Below, piece by piece: positions 24,662 to 37,665 of a stretch of DNA of 64,000 nt; positions within the stretch are counted from its first letter, which is position 1, and each line of letters begins with the position of its first letter. Source of the DNA: Nageia nagi. Taxonomy: Eukaryota; Plantae; Pinophyta. Where the stretch lies: NCBI GenBank assembly GCA_050084985.1, contig JBITNC010000002.1, positions 39,556,001 to 39,620,000 of the forward strand. The letters are read 5' to 3'. The position numbers were made by a program, and so were the translations under genes. Below the pieces are notes generated by a model, which saw only the letters and a program-made list of their open reading frames with translations, was not told where the DNA came from and did not search any database.

Positions 24662-27600
24662 ATGATTGAAACCTTCATACCTAAGCACATACTCGACGGT
24701 TCCAACTTCGGCATATGGGAACCTCGTATGAGAGCTGAGTTACAGGCAAGGAAGCTATGGCAGATAGTAAATGAAGATCTAGTTGCTTCTATAGATGAGA
24801 AGGCCCTTGAAATTTACAACTAAAAGAATGAGTTAGCAACCTTAATGATCTATCGTGCAGTTTCAGATGACATCCTTCTCATGATCTCTTCCTCGATATC
24901 AGCAAAAGAAGCTTGGGATAGACTAAAGAAAATTTATCTTGGGTCCAAATTTTCAAGAAGGTTCACCATTCTACAAAAGTTGTTGCAATATTGTTAAGGT
25001 GAAGATGAAAGTGCCTCAATCTACTTGAACAAAATCATTGACCTCAGGACACAACTGGTTGGCTGTGGGTGCAATTGGATCAATGATGAGTTCATGGTCT
25101 TCATCATTCTTCAAAGCCTCTCTACAAAGTTTAGTAACTTTGTCACAGTTATGGAGACTAGGCTCGATGATGAAGAAGATGTTATCTCTCTTAACAACCT
25201 TTCTAGACTCCTATTGAAGCATGAGGAAACTTTGAAGAAAATGTTGAACATTTCTTCAAAGGATAATAGCATTGCTCTAGGAGCAACCAAAACTCCTTTC
25301 AAGAAGATGTTCAAACATTATAAATTCAAAGATAACAAATTCTCATTACCATCAGGAAGCACGGTAACTTCAAGCAAAGGAATGACAAAGTTGGATCAAG
25401 CAAACTAATACCGCAGGAAAAGTTTGATGAAAATTGTAACTTTTGTGGCATCTTTGGGCACAAAGAGTATGATTGTTGCAAAAAGAAATTTGCTCAAAAA
25501 GGTAAGGGAAATGCAAATGTGAGAAATTTCAATAATAAAAAGAAGAACAAGCATGTTGCTACTATTGCCTACTACTCAATGACTCAAACTATTTCAAATG
25601 ATTGGATTGTTGATTCAGGATGCACTAATCACATGTGTTATGAAAAGGATAAGTTTGAAAATTTTCATAAGTACAACAAGGATACAGTTGTGATAGGTGA
25701 TAATACAGTCCTTGATGTTCAAGGAATAGGGAATGTAAAGATTCATGGAAAGGTGCTTGATAATGTCTTTTATGTGCTTAAGCTAAGGATGAATCTTATC
25801 TCTGTAATTCAGATTACAAGGAAAGGATGCTCATTTGAGTTTATCTCACACTCCTGGTGTGTTAAGAAAGGACTTACCACTTTGATGAAAGGATCAGTAA
25901 AGGATGAACTTTATATTATGGATCAAGTACTTCAAAAATTTGTCTTGCTACAAATGTGTGTTCAAAAGGTAATCTTTGGCATCAACATTAGGGCACCTTA
26001 ACCACAAGAGTATTCAAGATATGAAAAATCAAGAACTTGTGGAAGGTTTACCTAATATTTCACCCACAATTGGTCTTTGTGAAAGGTGCATTCTAGGAAA
26101 GATGAATAGGCAAAAGTTTGAAAAAGATAAGGTAACTCGGGCTACTCGTCCTCTTCAGCTTGTGCATTCAGATTTGATGGGTCCATTTTAGACTAAGTCT
26201 CTAGGGGGAGCTTCTTATGTTTGACCTTCATTGATGACTTCAGTAGGATGACATTTGGTTATCTACTTGAGCACAAGGATCAAACTTTTGACGATTTAAA
26301 GACTTCAAGGCACTTGTTGAAAATCAAACTGATTTTAAGATCAAAATGCTGAGATCTGATAATGGGGGTGAGTATAATAGCAATGAGTTTAACGACTATT
26401 GTGTTAAACATGGGATCAAGCGGTAATTCACAATCCCTTACACCCCTCAGCAAAATGGAGTTGCTGAAAGAAAGAATCGCACCATTATGGAAATGGCAAG
26501 ATGCATGTTGGGTAACCTTCCTAGTTTCTTATGGGGAGAAGCTATTCACACTGCTATTCACACCCTAAATAGGTGTCCTACTAAAGCAGTTGAAGGAAAA
26601 ACTCTGTATGAAGCATGGATAGGAAAGAAACCTAACATCTCACACTTCAGGGTCTTTGGTTGTGATGCATTTGCCTTCATTACCTAGAGAAAAGAAAGAA
26701 GCTAGATAAAAGATTAGAAAAATGCATCTTTGTGGGGTATGATAATTAGCATAAGGTTACAGGCTCTACTCCTCATCCCATAAAATAGTCTTTATTTTAG
26801 GATGTCAAGTTCAATGAACTTCCTGAGGATACTACTTCTCACGCTGAGGTGTCTGATTCAAATGATTCTACGCCTGCACCTAACTAGTTGGATGATCATG
26901 AAGGGAAGTCACCACAAGAGCAAAATTCTCCAGCTCAGAGAATTACATGAAGTATGACCTTGAATAAATCCTTATTTGCCAAAATTGATAATATGAATGA
27001 GCCATCAACATTCAAAGAAGCTTCCAAGCAAGAGTGTTGGATGGAAGCTATGAAAGTTGAGTATGAGGCACTCATGAAAAATGAAACTTGGGATTTGGTT
27101 CCTTACCCCAATGAGAAAAATGTGATTGGAAATAAATGGATATACAAGGTCAAGTACAATTCTAATGGAGAAGTTAAAAAATACAAAGCAAGGTTAGTGG
27201 CCAATGGATTCGCTCAGAAATATGGTATTGATTATGAGGAAACCTTTGCTCCTGTGGCCAACATGCCTATGTCAGGATAATTCTTGCTCTTTCTACAGCT
27301 CAAGGTTGGAAAGTTTTCCAACTTGATGTTAAGAGTGCATTTCTCAATGGTGACTTAGATGTAGAAATCTACATGAATCAACTAGAAGGATTTATTCCAG
27401 AAGGAAAAGAGTCTCTTGTGTGCAAGCTAAAGAAGTCTTTGTATGGACTTAAACAAGCACCTAGAGCATGGTACAAGAAAATTTTAGGATTCTTGCAGAT
27501 ATTGGTTTTTCCAAGTGCTTCTCTGACTCATATCTCTATGTACTCAATCAAGGAAAAGATGTGGTCTTAATTCTCCTTTATGTGGATGATCTTCTCATAA

Positions 27601-28543
27601 CAGGCAACAATATTGAAATCATCCAAGAGTGTATATCCAAACTGAAGGCAACATTTGAAATGACTGATCTAGTTCTATTGCATTACTATCTTGGGATGCA
27701 AGTATACCAACACAAAGATTGTACTTATCTTAGTCAATCTAAGTATATATCAGACATCTTGCAAAAGTTTGGAATGGAGGAGTGTAGATATGCTGCAATA
27801 CCTATTTCTCTGGAATCGTTGTATCACTAAGCTCAGATTCTTAGTTGGCTGATGCTACAGCTTATAGGCAATTGATCAGTAGTCTTCTGTATTTGACTAT
27901 CTCTCGACCTGATATTACCTTTGTAGTGAATCTGATGGCACAATTCATGCAAAAACCATATGTTGAACACCTCAATGCTATGAAGCAAATCTTGAGGTAT
28001 GTGGCAGGGACAAAGGATCTTGCTCTTAAGTATTCCAAAGTGCCCTCGATTATTCTCTCAGGATTCTTAGATTCTAATTATGGGGGAGATATAGATGACA
28101 GAAAATCAACCTCTGCATATGTGTTCAGCATTGGTTCAGGTGCTATCTCTTGGGCTTCCAAGAAGCAACCTACTATGACTCTTTCTACCATCGAAGCTGA
28201 ATATTGAGCCATGTTTGTTGCTGCCCAAGAAGCTATTTGGCTGAGGCATCTTATGAAAGAAATTGGGTATAAGCAAAATGGCCCATCTCTTATTTCTTCA
28301 GATAATCAATAGACTATCTCTTTGGCTAAGAATCTTATGTTCCATCAGAGAACTAAACATGTGGAAATCCAAGCCCATTTTATCAGGGAGAAGGTTTTAG
28401 ATGACATCATACACTTGGAGTATTGTCCATCTACTGAAAACTCTGTTGATTTATTCACCAAGCCCCTTCCTGAAGCTCAGTTCAACAAGCTTAGGGATTC
28501 TCTCGGGTTGGTGAATTTGCCCTCAAGGGGGAGTGAAGTTTGA
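24662..28543 (+). pseudogene. Copia gag-pol polyprotein, disrupted by stops and frameshifts
   Basis: Gag N-terminus MIETFIPKHILDGSNFGIWEPRM; zinc knuckle CNFCGIFGHKEYDC; protease WIVDSGCTNHM; integrase GHLN..CERC, LVHSDLMGP, LRSDNGGEY, QQNGVAERKNR; RT KARLVANG..YVDD; RNase H HQRTKHVEI, DLFTKPL. Confidence 0.95.
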
Positions 28544-28589
28544 ACTTTTGTTAGTGATGACAACTTCACCTCTAAGAGGCCTTTTTTGA

Positions 28590-28994
28590 TTGTACATTCT
28601 AGACCTCCGTGGTAAGTTTGCTCTGCGTGACAAACTTGTTGTACATTTTATACCTTCATGGTGAGTTTGCTCTGCGTGACGAACTTGTGCAATTTTTGAG
28701 CATATAATTAATATACCTTCGTGGTAAGTTCGCTCTGTGTGACGAACTTGTTGTACATTCTATACCTCCATGGTGAGTTTGCTCTGCATGAGAAACTCGT
28801 TGTATAATTTTTATGCTCTATACCTCCGTGGTGAGTTTGCTCTATGTGAGAAACTCCTTGTATAATTTTTGAGCATATAATTAATATACCTCCATGGTAA
28901 GTTCGCTCTGCATGATGAACTTGTTGTACATTCTATACCTCCGTGATGAGTTTGCTCTACGTGAGAAACTCGTTGTACAATTTTTATGCTCTAT
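28590..28994 (+). repeat. Tandem array of seven 49-66-bp hairpin-containing units plus a partial unit, in the Copia 3' UTR
   Basis: The core TATACCTCCRTGGTRAGTTYGCTCTRYRTGASRAACTYG is repeated and joined by three linker types (short TTGTACATTC, medium, long). Confidence 0.9.
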
Positions 28995-29454
28995 TAATAA
29001 TCAACACATGTCTATATACAACAGGTGACTATGAGTGATGGCTTGGCATCTCTGTGATGACTTATAGTGCACCATTAATCAGTTATTTATAAGATGGCAT
29101 TATTTGATTCTCTTATTTGAATATATGATGCATCTAACTAATTTTGTTCATGAGTTGCTTGTAGCATGCAGGATCTTCTTCAGAAATGTAGGTTACTCAC
29201 CTTGTGAAAGCAAGCTCATGGAGACTCACATGTCAGCTTAAAGTTGATCGACTACTATGTATAGTGAAACCAGTTGTGGTTAATGATTGTATTGTAAACC
29301 ATTTTGTCAAATGGTAATGTAGTGAGTCTCATACTAGTTCTCCAAAATATTCTCAAATATGTAAATGTTCTCATCTCCACTTGTATCTCTATGGAGGAGA
29401 ACTCTCTCTTACTCTCTCTCTTCTTTCTTCTACGCTCTATCCCAATATTGCATT

Positions 29455-29463
29455 AAGGGGAAG
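29455..29463 (+). promoter_or_regulatory. Polypurine tract
   Basis: AAGGGGAAG lies immediately before the TG of the 3' LTR. Confidence 0.9.
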
Positions 29464-29935
29464 TGTTAGAATTTGTAATGAAATATTGTGAATATCTAAA
29501 CTCTTTGTAAGTTCAATTAATCACTTAAAGGATATGTAGATACCTTAAGGGATTAATTGAATTCTTTATTATGTGTGGACTTTGACCTAACCATGGGGTT
29601 AGTTGGTAGGTTAAAGTTAGGTCACACATTTATTGTAACCCTAACCTTACCCTTGAGTTAAAGGGAGGTTAGGGAGGTGCTCTCAACCTATAAATAGAGG
29701 GCCTCTCCTCTTGTAACATATCTAAGTTTTGGAGTAAGAATACTCTACTAGTTTATGTAGGAGAGAGGAAGAGAATTGTTGTAAGAGGGTCATACTTGAG
29801 AATTGAGATACTAGTTGTGGATGTACTCCCAAGGAGGGAGGAACCACATTACACTTGTGTTATCTTGTGTGAATGTTGTGTGATTGAGCTTCCTAGTCTT
29901 GTACCTTGAGGATTAGAGTAGTGCTAATTCTCTCA
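29464..29935 (+). repeat. 3' LTR of the Copia element
   Basis: A 472-bp direct repeat of 20673-21144. Confidence 0.97.
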
Positions 29936-31054
29936 AAACTCACTATGAGAAAAATTGAAGTATCCTTGAAATACTTCTAATTCTTTCAAATCCAAAAGTT
30001 CATAAACCAAGAGGCAATCTTAGGCTAATAAACTTGCAAATTAGGTCATGATTACTTTCATACAAAAAAATCCAAACACTAACCTTTATCCAATCACCAA
30101 TTTGGGACAGTCAATCATCTCTAGAAGATAAGCATTAATTCTATACTAGAAACCTTTATCCATCATCTTCTTAGCAATAGGGACACAAAAGAGTCTTTAA
30201 CATAGTACTTCTCAAATATTCATCATTTTATTCTTATATCTCCCTTACAATGATTATAAATAATCACTTGGGAGAAGGGGATTAAGCACCACCCTCCCAA
30301 ATGCAAGCCTAAATCCCAATGGTTCTCCTTTTATGCATGTACCAAGTCGCCCTCCAGGCTGATGTAGTCCCTTGGAGTCTCTCCTCCATGGCCTGCAAAG
30401 ATACAAGTGTTAGAAAACTTGTTGGTACCCTTCTTCATCAAAAAATGTGTTGCTTAATATTGTATAATCACCAAGTCCTAATCTCTATCATTAAAAAATT
30501 CTCTTATCAACAAACATTATTTCATAAAGGAAAAAAAAAATTTACAACTAGATCTGACATGTTTATGCATGGATTCCAAAAATCTACATAAAATATTGCT
30601 TGAATATGAAAAATAGTTAAACAATTTAACAATTAGATTCTTGCTTCTTTAAGCGAATTAATGAATTGTTTCACATATTCAATTGAGTTTTATTTGATTA
30701 CATATGAATCAACCATACCAAATCTATCCTTATGTTGATTTTGAAGTGGTATTCAAAGGTTTCCACTAAGGATTAAAATGTGTGAATAGAATCAAAAGGT
30801 AACTTGTAAAACCATTCACAAATATATTTAGTAGTACTTGACTATGTATAAAGGTGGTATATGATACATGAAAGGCACATATGTGGATAGCATGATCTAC
30901 CAAATGGATAAATTAGGTGTGTTGAGTCCAATGGGGATAGAATAATGCAATATTTCATAAGATAAATCACTAATTTCATCAAGGTAGAATAATCGAAGTG
31001 GTGAGTTATCAAGATGTTAAGCATATTTCTAATTTCTTTTTTAATTTGTCTAAC

Positions 31055-33307
31055 TTTATCTTATATCATTATGAGAATGAATAAATTATATTTGACATAA
31101 TAAACTATGATGTAACAATTTTAGGGGTTATGATAGTATTTATGGAAAACACAATAATATTTTAAATGGAAGAATATAGCAATAATTTTTGGGGGCGTCC
31201 CTAAGGGGAAAACATAATGGTTTAAGATTTGGCTCTTCTTTGGGAAGTCCAAGGTTCAAATCATGATGGTTATTCCAACGTGTCATAGTTTGGCTACAAT
31301 TGAGCTAACTATCCATAGCCAGTAAGTGGATGGTAGAGATCACTTTAAATTTTTTCGCTACTAGCAGTCGTAAGGGGGTTCCTAGAACAATTTATTTCAC
31401 GATTGGGAACTTGCTTATTGGCATTATGAGGTTGTTGGAAATATTTGGATGTGGTAGGGTGGTTTAAAATCTATCAAATAGCTCACGTTTTTGAATAAAA
31501 AGTTTTGTATTTAGTTTGGTTAGTTTATTGTTAATTACTTTATTCCAATCATGGTTTTATATTAGGGCATCAAGGATTTGACAAAGATAAAGGACAACAC
31601 AAGGAAAAGAGTTATTATTTTTCTAGTTTGTAGCATTCCTTTTTAATAGCAAGGGATTTAATTTTGTACACGATAGAATTGTAATTGTTTCATATTACAT
31701 CAATTTTACATGATTAGTTTGCTTGGGAAAAAATCAATCTTTATACAACTCTTGAAAAAGATATCTAACAAGTGAGATTCATTAAAATGACGAAAACCTA
31801 AATAATATTTCATTTCATTTTCATTTATACAAATTGAAAAACTAATTGAACAAATTGAATTCACCATAATGTATTATGTGAGAAACAACCAAGTAACAAA
31901 ACCTAATTAATTAACATGATACACTATAATAATAAATGATACAAGACAAATATATTCAAACTAAAAAATTTAAGAGCAACTTAGATCCTATTTGACTTAA
32001 ATCTCCAAAAAAAAGTCAAATAATGTTCAAAACATAACTTCTTAATCTAAATTATTGAAATGAAAGTTATAGAGATAAAATTGTATTAAGAAAATTATAA
32101 CTTGTAATATTGAGATGCAAAAATATGAAATTAATCTCCTAGATCATTTTAAAATATTATTGCCATTTGAATGAGTGAAATAATAATCTTTTAATATTGT
32201 GTTGTGTTCTTCATGGTTGTAAGAGAATTATCATGATGATATTAAGAATTTACTACATTTATTATAAATTTTTTTGTGAAAAATTATAATCTAGTAACAA
32301 GAAATAAGTAAAGAATCTACATACTTTAAATATTTTAGTAAAGGTTGAAAACAACATCTTAATATTATTATAAGTTAATAAGAAAATTAAATCAAGAATA
32401 AAAAATCTTCTAAAATATGAATTGAAATAAGACAAAAGAATATTTTATCTTGTGTTGGACTATTCTATACTATCAGAAGATATTTTATTTTTCATTTTCA
32501 ACTGATATATTTTCTATTCTATACTATCAGATGATCTTTTATCTTTCATTTTCAAATGAGATATTTTTACAAGCTTTGCATTCAAGAGATTCACCGTGTA
32601 TGCACCTCTCAGCAAAGGAATCTACACTTTCACAGGCTTCTGTACTCACTCAAATGACAGCGTTGGACTTTGCATAAAGTGGAACTCTTACAGCATCTAA
32701 GCCATATTCGCATTGCCTGGAAGATCTTATACTTTAACTGTCCACTTTCACATAATACAACAAATCCAAATATGCTCACAGACCTAATAAAATCCACTAC
32801 ACCATGAATTCTCTTTTATTTACAGCAGAAAAAATCCAAAAACAAAAATCCAAAGAATAAGAGCTGCATTTGTGTCCCTTTTGTCTTTGGCCTTACTACT
32901 CTCAGTGCCTCTCCATAGTCCATACAAAAATGTCCTTCCACCATAAAGAAAATGATCACCATCTTCACAATACATCTAAATTTATGAGGTGGGCAACCAC
33001 TGTCACTGTCATCCTCCTTCTCCACCCAATTACATTTCACAGTCATTGACCTAGCTTTGGATTTTCTACTGTGCTGGCCAAGTTGCATCCCATTTCCAAA
33101 AGAAACAATCAACTTCTTCTGGATGAGATTCTGATCTCAGAAGGCCAAATGCCAAATCCAAAAACATGAGTTGAAAGCCTGGAACTCCGAGCTGTCTCGT
33201 ACAGACAAGTATCTCTGTGTTGAATAGGAGACAGAGTGCAGTGCCCACATGAAAACAACCACCCCAACGTAATTATGTGGGCGTGCTGTATCCAGGTAGC
33301 TATCTAC
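31055..33307. repeat. Copy 2 of the local duplicated block
   Basis: Colinear with 15590-16268 + 19040-20147. The 32635-33307 part is much better conserved than the AT-rich part. Confidence 0.85.
31197..31402 (+). mobile_element. Possible tRNA-derived SINE fragment
   Basis: This ~205-bp segment is absent from the paralogous block (~15730). It has an A-box-like ACATAATGGTTTAAG and a B-box-like GGTTCAAATC at tRNA-like spacing. No clear TSD. Confidence 0.4.
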
Positions 33308-33852
33308 TCCTGCATGATTGTCCCAGTGTGCCTATAGGAGAATCTCATAAGCTTTTCTGGAATGTGAGCCAATCACTAATGACCACACCACATGTGCATC
33401 TTTTCAGAATTGTGGGGATGCACACTTAAATTTCGAAGGTCAGTCAATAGTGATGCCTCATCTCAAATCAAAGCTTATTTGTATATTGTAGCCTTTCCAG
33501 TGATTTTGTAAGGCTCACCAAAATTGTGTTCTTAAGTCTGGTTGGTTTCTTTTAGTTTCACATATAAAATTCAATTAACTTAATTGCAAGTGTCAAAATT
33601 TGGGATGTAAGAAGTTTTTAAGTTTAAATTTTATTGATTTTCAGATGTAATAGAATAGGATAAAAAAAGATCTTAAATGATAACAATGTAGATTAAATAT
33701 AAGATTTGGATGATTTTAATACGAATGATTACAATGAAAGATATATTTTGATTATGTAAATATGTGTTTATAGAATGATATCTTTAAATGTTAATGTAGA
33801 AGGTTGAGATTTTTCTTAAAAGTCTTCATTTTAACATATATAAAAAAAAGAG

Positions 33853-34057
33853 AGATTTTGATCATACATTTAAATTAAAAAAAAAAATTGTAAAAATAAT
33901 TATTTTGTATAATAAAATCATAATGAAAAAATATCTTGATAATAACATTGAAGTAGATTTTGATCATACATTTCAATTAAAAAAAAAAATAGTAAAAATA
34001 ATTATTTTGTATAATGAAATCATAATGAAAATGATATCTTGATAATAACATTGAAGT
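33853..34057. repeat. ~102-bp direct tandem duplication
   Basis: AGATTTTGATCATACATTT...ATAACATTGAAGT starts at 33853 and again at 33955. Confidence 0.9.
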
Positions 34058-35208
34058 TAAAAGAATGATCGTTAAAAGAATAATTTTATATAAATATTCA
34101 ATAATTTTAAATTTTTAATCATGATTTTATAAAAATCCTCACTAATTTCAATATGGATGATTTTGATAGAAAAAAATATTCTGATGTGACACTTAAACTG
34201 AATATAACCTTCAAAAAATATGATTTTCAAATACCCAACACTTCAAAATAATATTACTCTTTAAATGGGAACACAATTATCTATCATAATTAAACGTTTA
34301 AACAATTGATTTGACAACAATCATTGGTGGAACTCATGCCAAGTGCACTCAAAAATCAAATATTACATCACCATGGAGACTGAGTAAAGTAGTCCTTAGT
34401 ACGAGATTCTCTTTGCTGGATTCCTAAGATTTTGTTATACTGATTCAGTTGGAATCTATCTTAAAAACACTCTTCAATGATTCTACCGTCATCTCTATCT
34501 CTCTCTACATAATGTTTTTGGGAAGTAACATAACTATAGAATAATGTTAAAACTTGAATTTTTATAGATAATGTTAAAACTTGAATTTTTATAGATGGCA
34601 ATATAATATTATTTTTAATATGTTTATAATAAAATTTCAATCGAATAGTCTTTTCATGATTTTACTTTCTCATGATTCAATAATTTTATTTTACACTAAT
34701 TATCTACAAGACTCAATCAATCAATTCGACTTCCATGAACGTCCAAATTCAATGTACAATCAAACTTGCTTTATTCATTGGCTGATGTTCTCAAATGTTC
34801 CACAAATTTTCGTATAGTATGTAGAAGATAGAGCTACATTAAGAACGCTTATTTGTTTTTTTAATCCAATTCGTGTATTAACACTGCTTACCAAGCAGAA
34901 AGATTCAACGAAAACAGGATATGGGCTGTAAGGCCCTCCTTTTAACACAGCAGATATATCTCCGTAACATGCCCACAAAGCATGAAAGAATATTTCAGAC
35001 AGACGTCTCTTCATGAATATCTGCCCTCTATGAATAGCTCTCTGTGGAAGTCTTGTCAGGAACCCTGCTGGGTTATTGATCTTTAGAATACATATACAGA
35101 TGTGACTACGCTCTCCATAATTTGCGACACCCAGATCTTGTATCTTCCAAAATTCCACTTCGTTTCAGCTACTCTTCTAGCCAGTTAGTTACATTTTCCC
35201 TGGTGAAA

Positions 35209-37665
35209 ATGGCTGACAATGCACAGAAATGGATTAATCTCATAGAACTTGTAATAGTATTATTATTGTGTACGTGTTTGATAGGAAGGGTGTCCTGCAG
35301 AGCTCAATCTCCTCCTTTTCTGGGTCAACTCCATGGGGGAAATAGTTATGGTGGCAGAATGAGACAGAATTCTTATGATTCAGTGAAAACTGTTTTGAAA
35401 GAAAGGCATGCTTTGCTTCAATACGAGAAACGCTATTTTCCCCAGATTTTAGATCACTTCACGTACAGACCCCAAGGTTATAAGGTTTTTCAGCAGAAGT
35501 ATCTCATCAATGACAAGCACTGGGGCGGGGCCAAGAACAGGGCTCCCATCTTTGTTTATGCGGGCAACGAGGGCAAAATCGAATGGTTTGCAGATAACAC
35601 AGGATTCATGTTCGAGATCGCACCCAAGTTTCAAGCTCTTCTAGTGTTCATCGAGGTGAGAAACTTCAGGAAAAAAAAATTGATGTTATAATTTTTCACA
35701 ATTTTTGTGTCATATCTTGAAAATTCAATGTTTTTAAGATAAGTGGTTATGTTTCTTATGTAGCATCGGTTCTATGGAAGCTCGATGCCCTTTGGAGACA
35801 AGAATAGCTCCTACAGGAGTGCTGAAACATTGGGATACCTCAACTCTCAACAGGCCTTAGCTGATTACGCAACTTTCATAATAGACTTGAAGAAAAATCT
35901 GTCCTCCCCGGCCTCGCCTGTTATAGTATTTGGTGGCTCCTATGGCGGAAGTGAGTATCTTGTGTTCGTCTAGTTTTGAAGTTTTGAGGATTAAATGACA
36001 TGGTATTGATTTTGCTTTGCAATTTAATGGTTGTTGCAGTGTTAGCTGCCTGGTTCCGATTGAAATACCCCCATGTAGCCATTGGGGCCGTGGCATCTTC
36101 TGCTCCCATCTTGCATTTTGACACTATCGTACCGAAAAACATCTTCTTTGACATTGTTTCAAAGGACTTCAAGGTTAGATACAAGTTTACTATTATAGAT
36201 TTTGATATATATATATATATTTGATGGGTAATAACAATGAACATCATGAATTGTGTGACTGCAGCAAACAAGCCTGAGTTGCTTCAATGTTATCAAAGAA
36301 TCATGGGATGATCTCCAAGCTCAGTCCACCAAAGAAGGAGGGCTTCAGAAGATCAGCAAAACTTTTAGAACTTGCAAGTAATGATTTCCTTATAAAACAA
36401 ATAATTCCCTTTATCGTTGGCCTTAACATACTAAAAATATATATATGCTAAAGGTTGTATGTTGCAGGGATCTCAAGAGTGTAGACCCAGTAAGGAACTG
36501 GCTAGATGAGGCATTCATTTACACTGCAATGACCAACTACCCAACAGCCACCAACTTCTTGATGCCTCTTCCTGCTTACCCTGTAACAGCGGTATGAAGT
36601 TTTGCACAAGCATTGTATGCCTTTCTTCAACATCTTGATTTGTGTACTTCAGGAATCATCTTCATCTCTAATTCATGTATGTTTATGCGTCCAGATGTGT
36701 GAAGTCATTGACAGTTTTCCCCAAGGCACAGATACACTATCTAGAGTATCTGCTGCTGCAAGCATATATTACAATTATTCCAACACCGAGAGATGCTTTG
36801 AAATGGAGCATGGAAGTGATCCTCATGGTATGGATGGATGGGGATGGCAGGTGAAGCACCAATCAAACCAAAATTCGAATGTTTTTTTCCAGACCATATT
36901 TCAAAATTTGGGTACCCATAATAACTGACAATTTTCATTAATCACAGGCCTGCACAGAAATGGTGATGCTCATGAACAGGTCAGCCAATGGGATGTTCCC
37001 ACCTTCCAGCGATGATTATCCTTCCTATGAACAAGATTGTCTAAGGCAGTACGGGGTGAAGCCAAGGCCACACTGGATAACCACAGAGTTTGGTGGACAT
37101 GTAAGCCTATACGGACACTAATTTAAAATAAATCACAATCCAACAGTAGAAGTCAAAATCTGATACATCTACAATGCAGGATATCAGCACTGTGCTCAAA
37201 CACTTTGGAAGCAACATAATCTTTTCAAATGGATTGGTCGATCCATGGAGTGGGGCAGGGTAAGCTTAGATAATATCTTCTTTTTAACCAATCTTTTTTA
37301 TTGGGACCCAGTAGTTCAACTGCCATTATTTACCATCAACAGAGTTAATCTCTCTGACTTGAGTTATACAATCAATATTCGGAAATGCAGAGTCCTGAAG
37401 AATATATCCAAAAGCCTGGTAGCATTGGTCACCGAAAAAGGTACATGGGGGTTAATGATCTGCAAGTCTTAGAATATAATATTAATTTCCATGTGATGTG
37501 CTTGAATTAGAGCTGTATTCTAATTCTGCATTATTGACAGGTGCCCACCATGTTGATTTTCGGTTTTCAACAAGTGAGGACCCAGACTGGTTGGTTCAAC
37601 AGAGAACAAAAGAAGTCCAACTGATCAATGAATGGTTGGGGGAATACTATAACGAGTTATCATGA
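35209..37665 (+). CDS. PRCP: Lysosomal Pro-X carboxypeptidase (prolylcarboxypeptidase-like, serine peptidase family S28), 10 exons, 522 aa
   Basis: Exons: 35209-35655, 35764-35950, 36040-36173, 36265-36377, 36468-36591, 36695-36850, 36948-37100, 37180-37259, 37391-37440, 37541-37665. All introns are GT-AG and the frame is consistent (1569 nt). Hydrophobic signal peptide; motifs [24 protein letters not shown], catalytic GGSYGGMLAAW (Ser), [16 protein letters not shown] (Asp) and GAHHVD (His). Confidence 0.96.

Larger units (their letters stand above)
20673..29935 (+). mobile_element. Full-length Ty1/Copia LTR retrotransposon (9263 bp) with inactivated gag-pol
   Basis: Two 472-bp TG...CA LTRs with ~12 substitutions counted by eye (~97.5% identity). 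TSD AAACA/AAACT (4 of 5 match). tRNA-iMet-type PBS and a PPT are present. Domain order is gag-PR-INT-RT-RH. Confidence 0.97.

Noticed and set aside
24325-24714. 129-aa antisense ORF overlapping the gag start
   Set aside because: No recognisable domain; it is explained as a chance frame opposite gag and the structured leader.
28590-28994. CRISPR-like appearance (palindromic repeat plus variable linkers)
   Set aside because: The linkers are recurring related sequences, not unique spacers. There are no cas genes, and the context is a eukaryotic retrotransposon 3' UTR.
32816-33248. ORFs of 98 and 60 aa in the duplicated block; possible miRNA/TAS locus
   Set aside because: The frames are not preserved in the paralogous copy (indels). 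No long miRNA-type hairpin or miR390/tasiARF motif was seen.
34775-35158. 127-aa minus-strand ORF in the PRCP promoter
   Set aside because: Non-ATG start, no motif or supporting exon structure; likely spurious.
35122-35208. Longer N-terminus of the PRCP ORF in the ORF track
   Set aside because: It starts at TTG. The ATG at 35209 directly precedes a signal-peptide-like segment.
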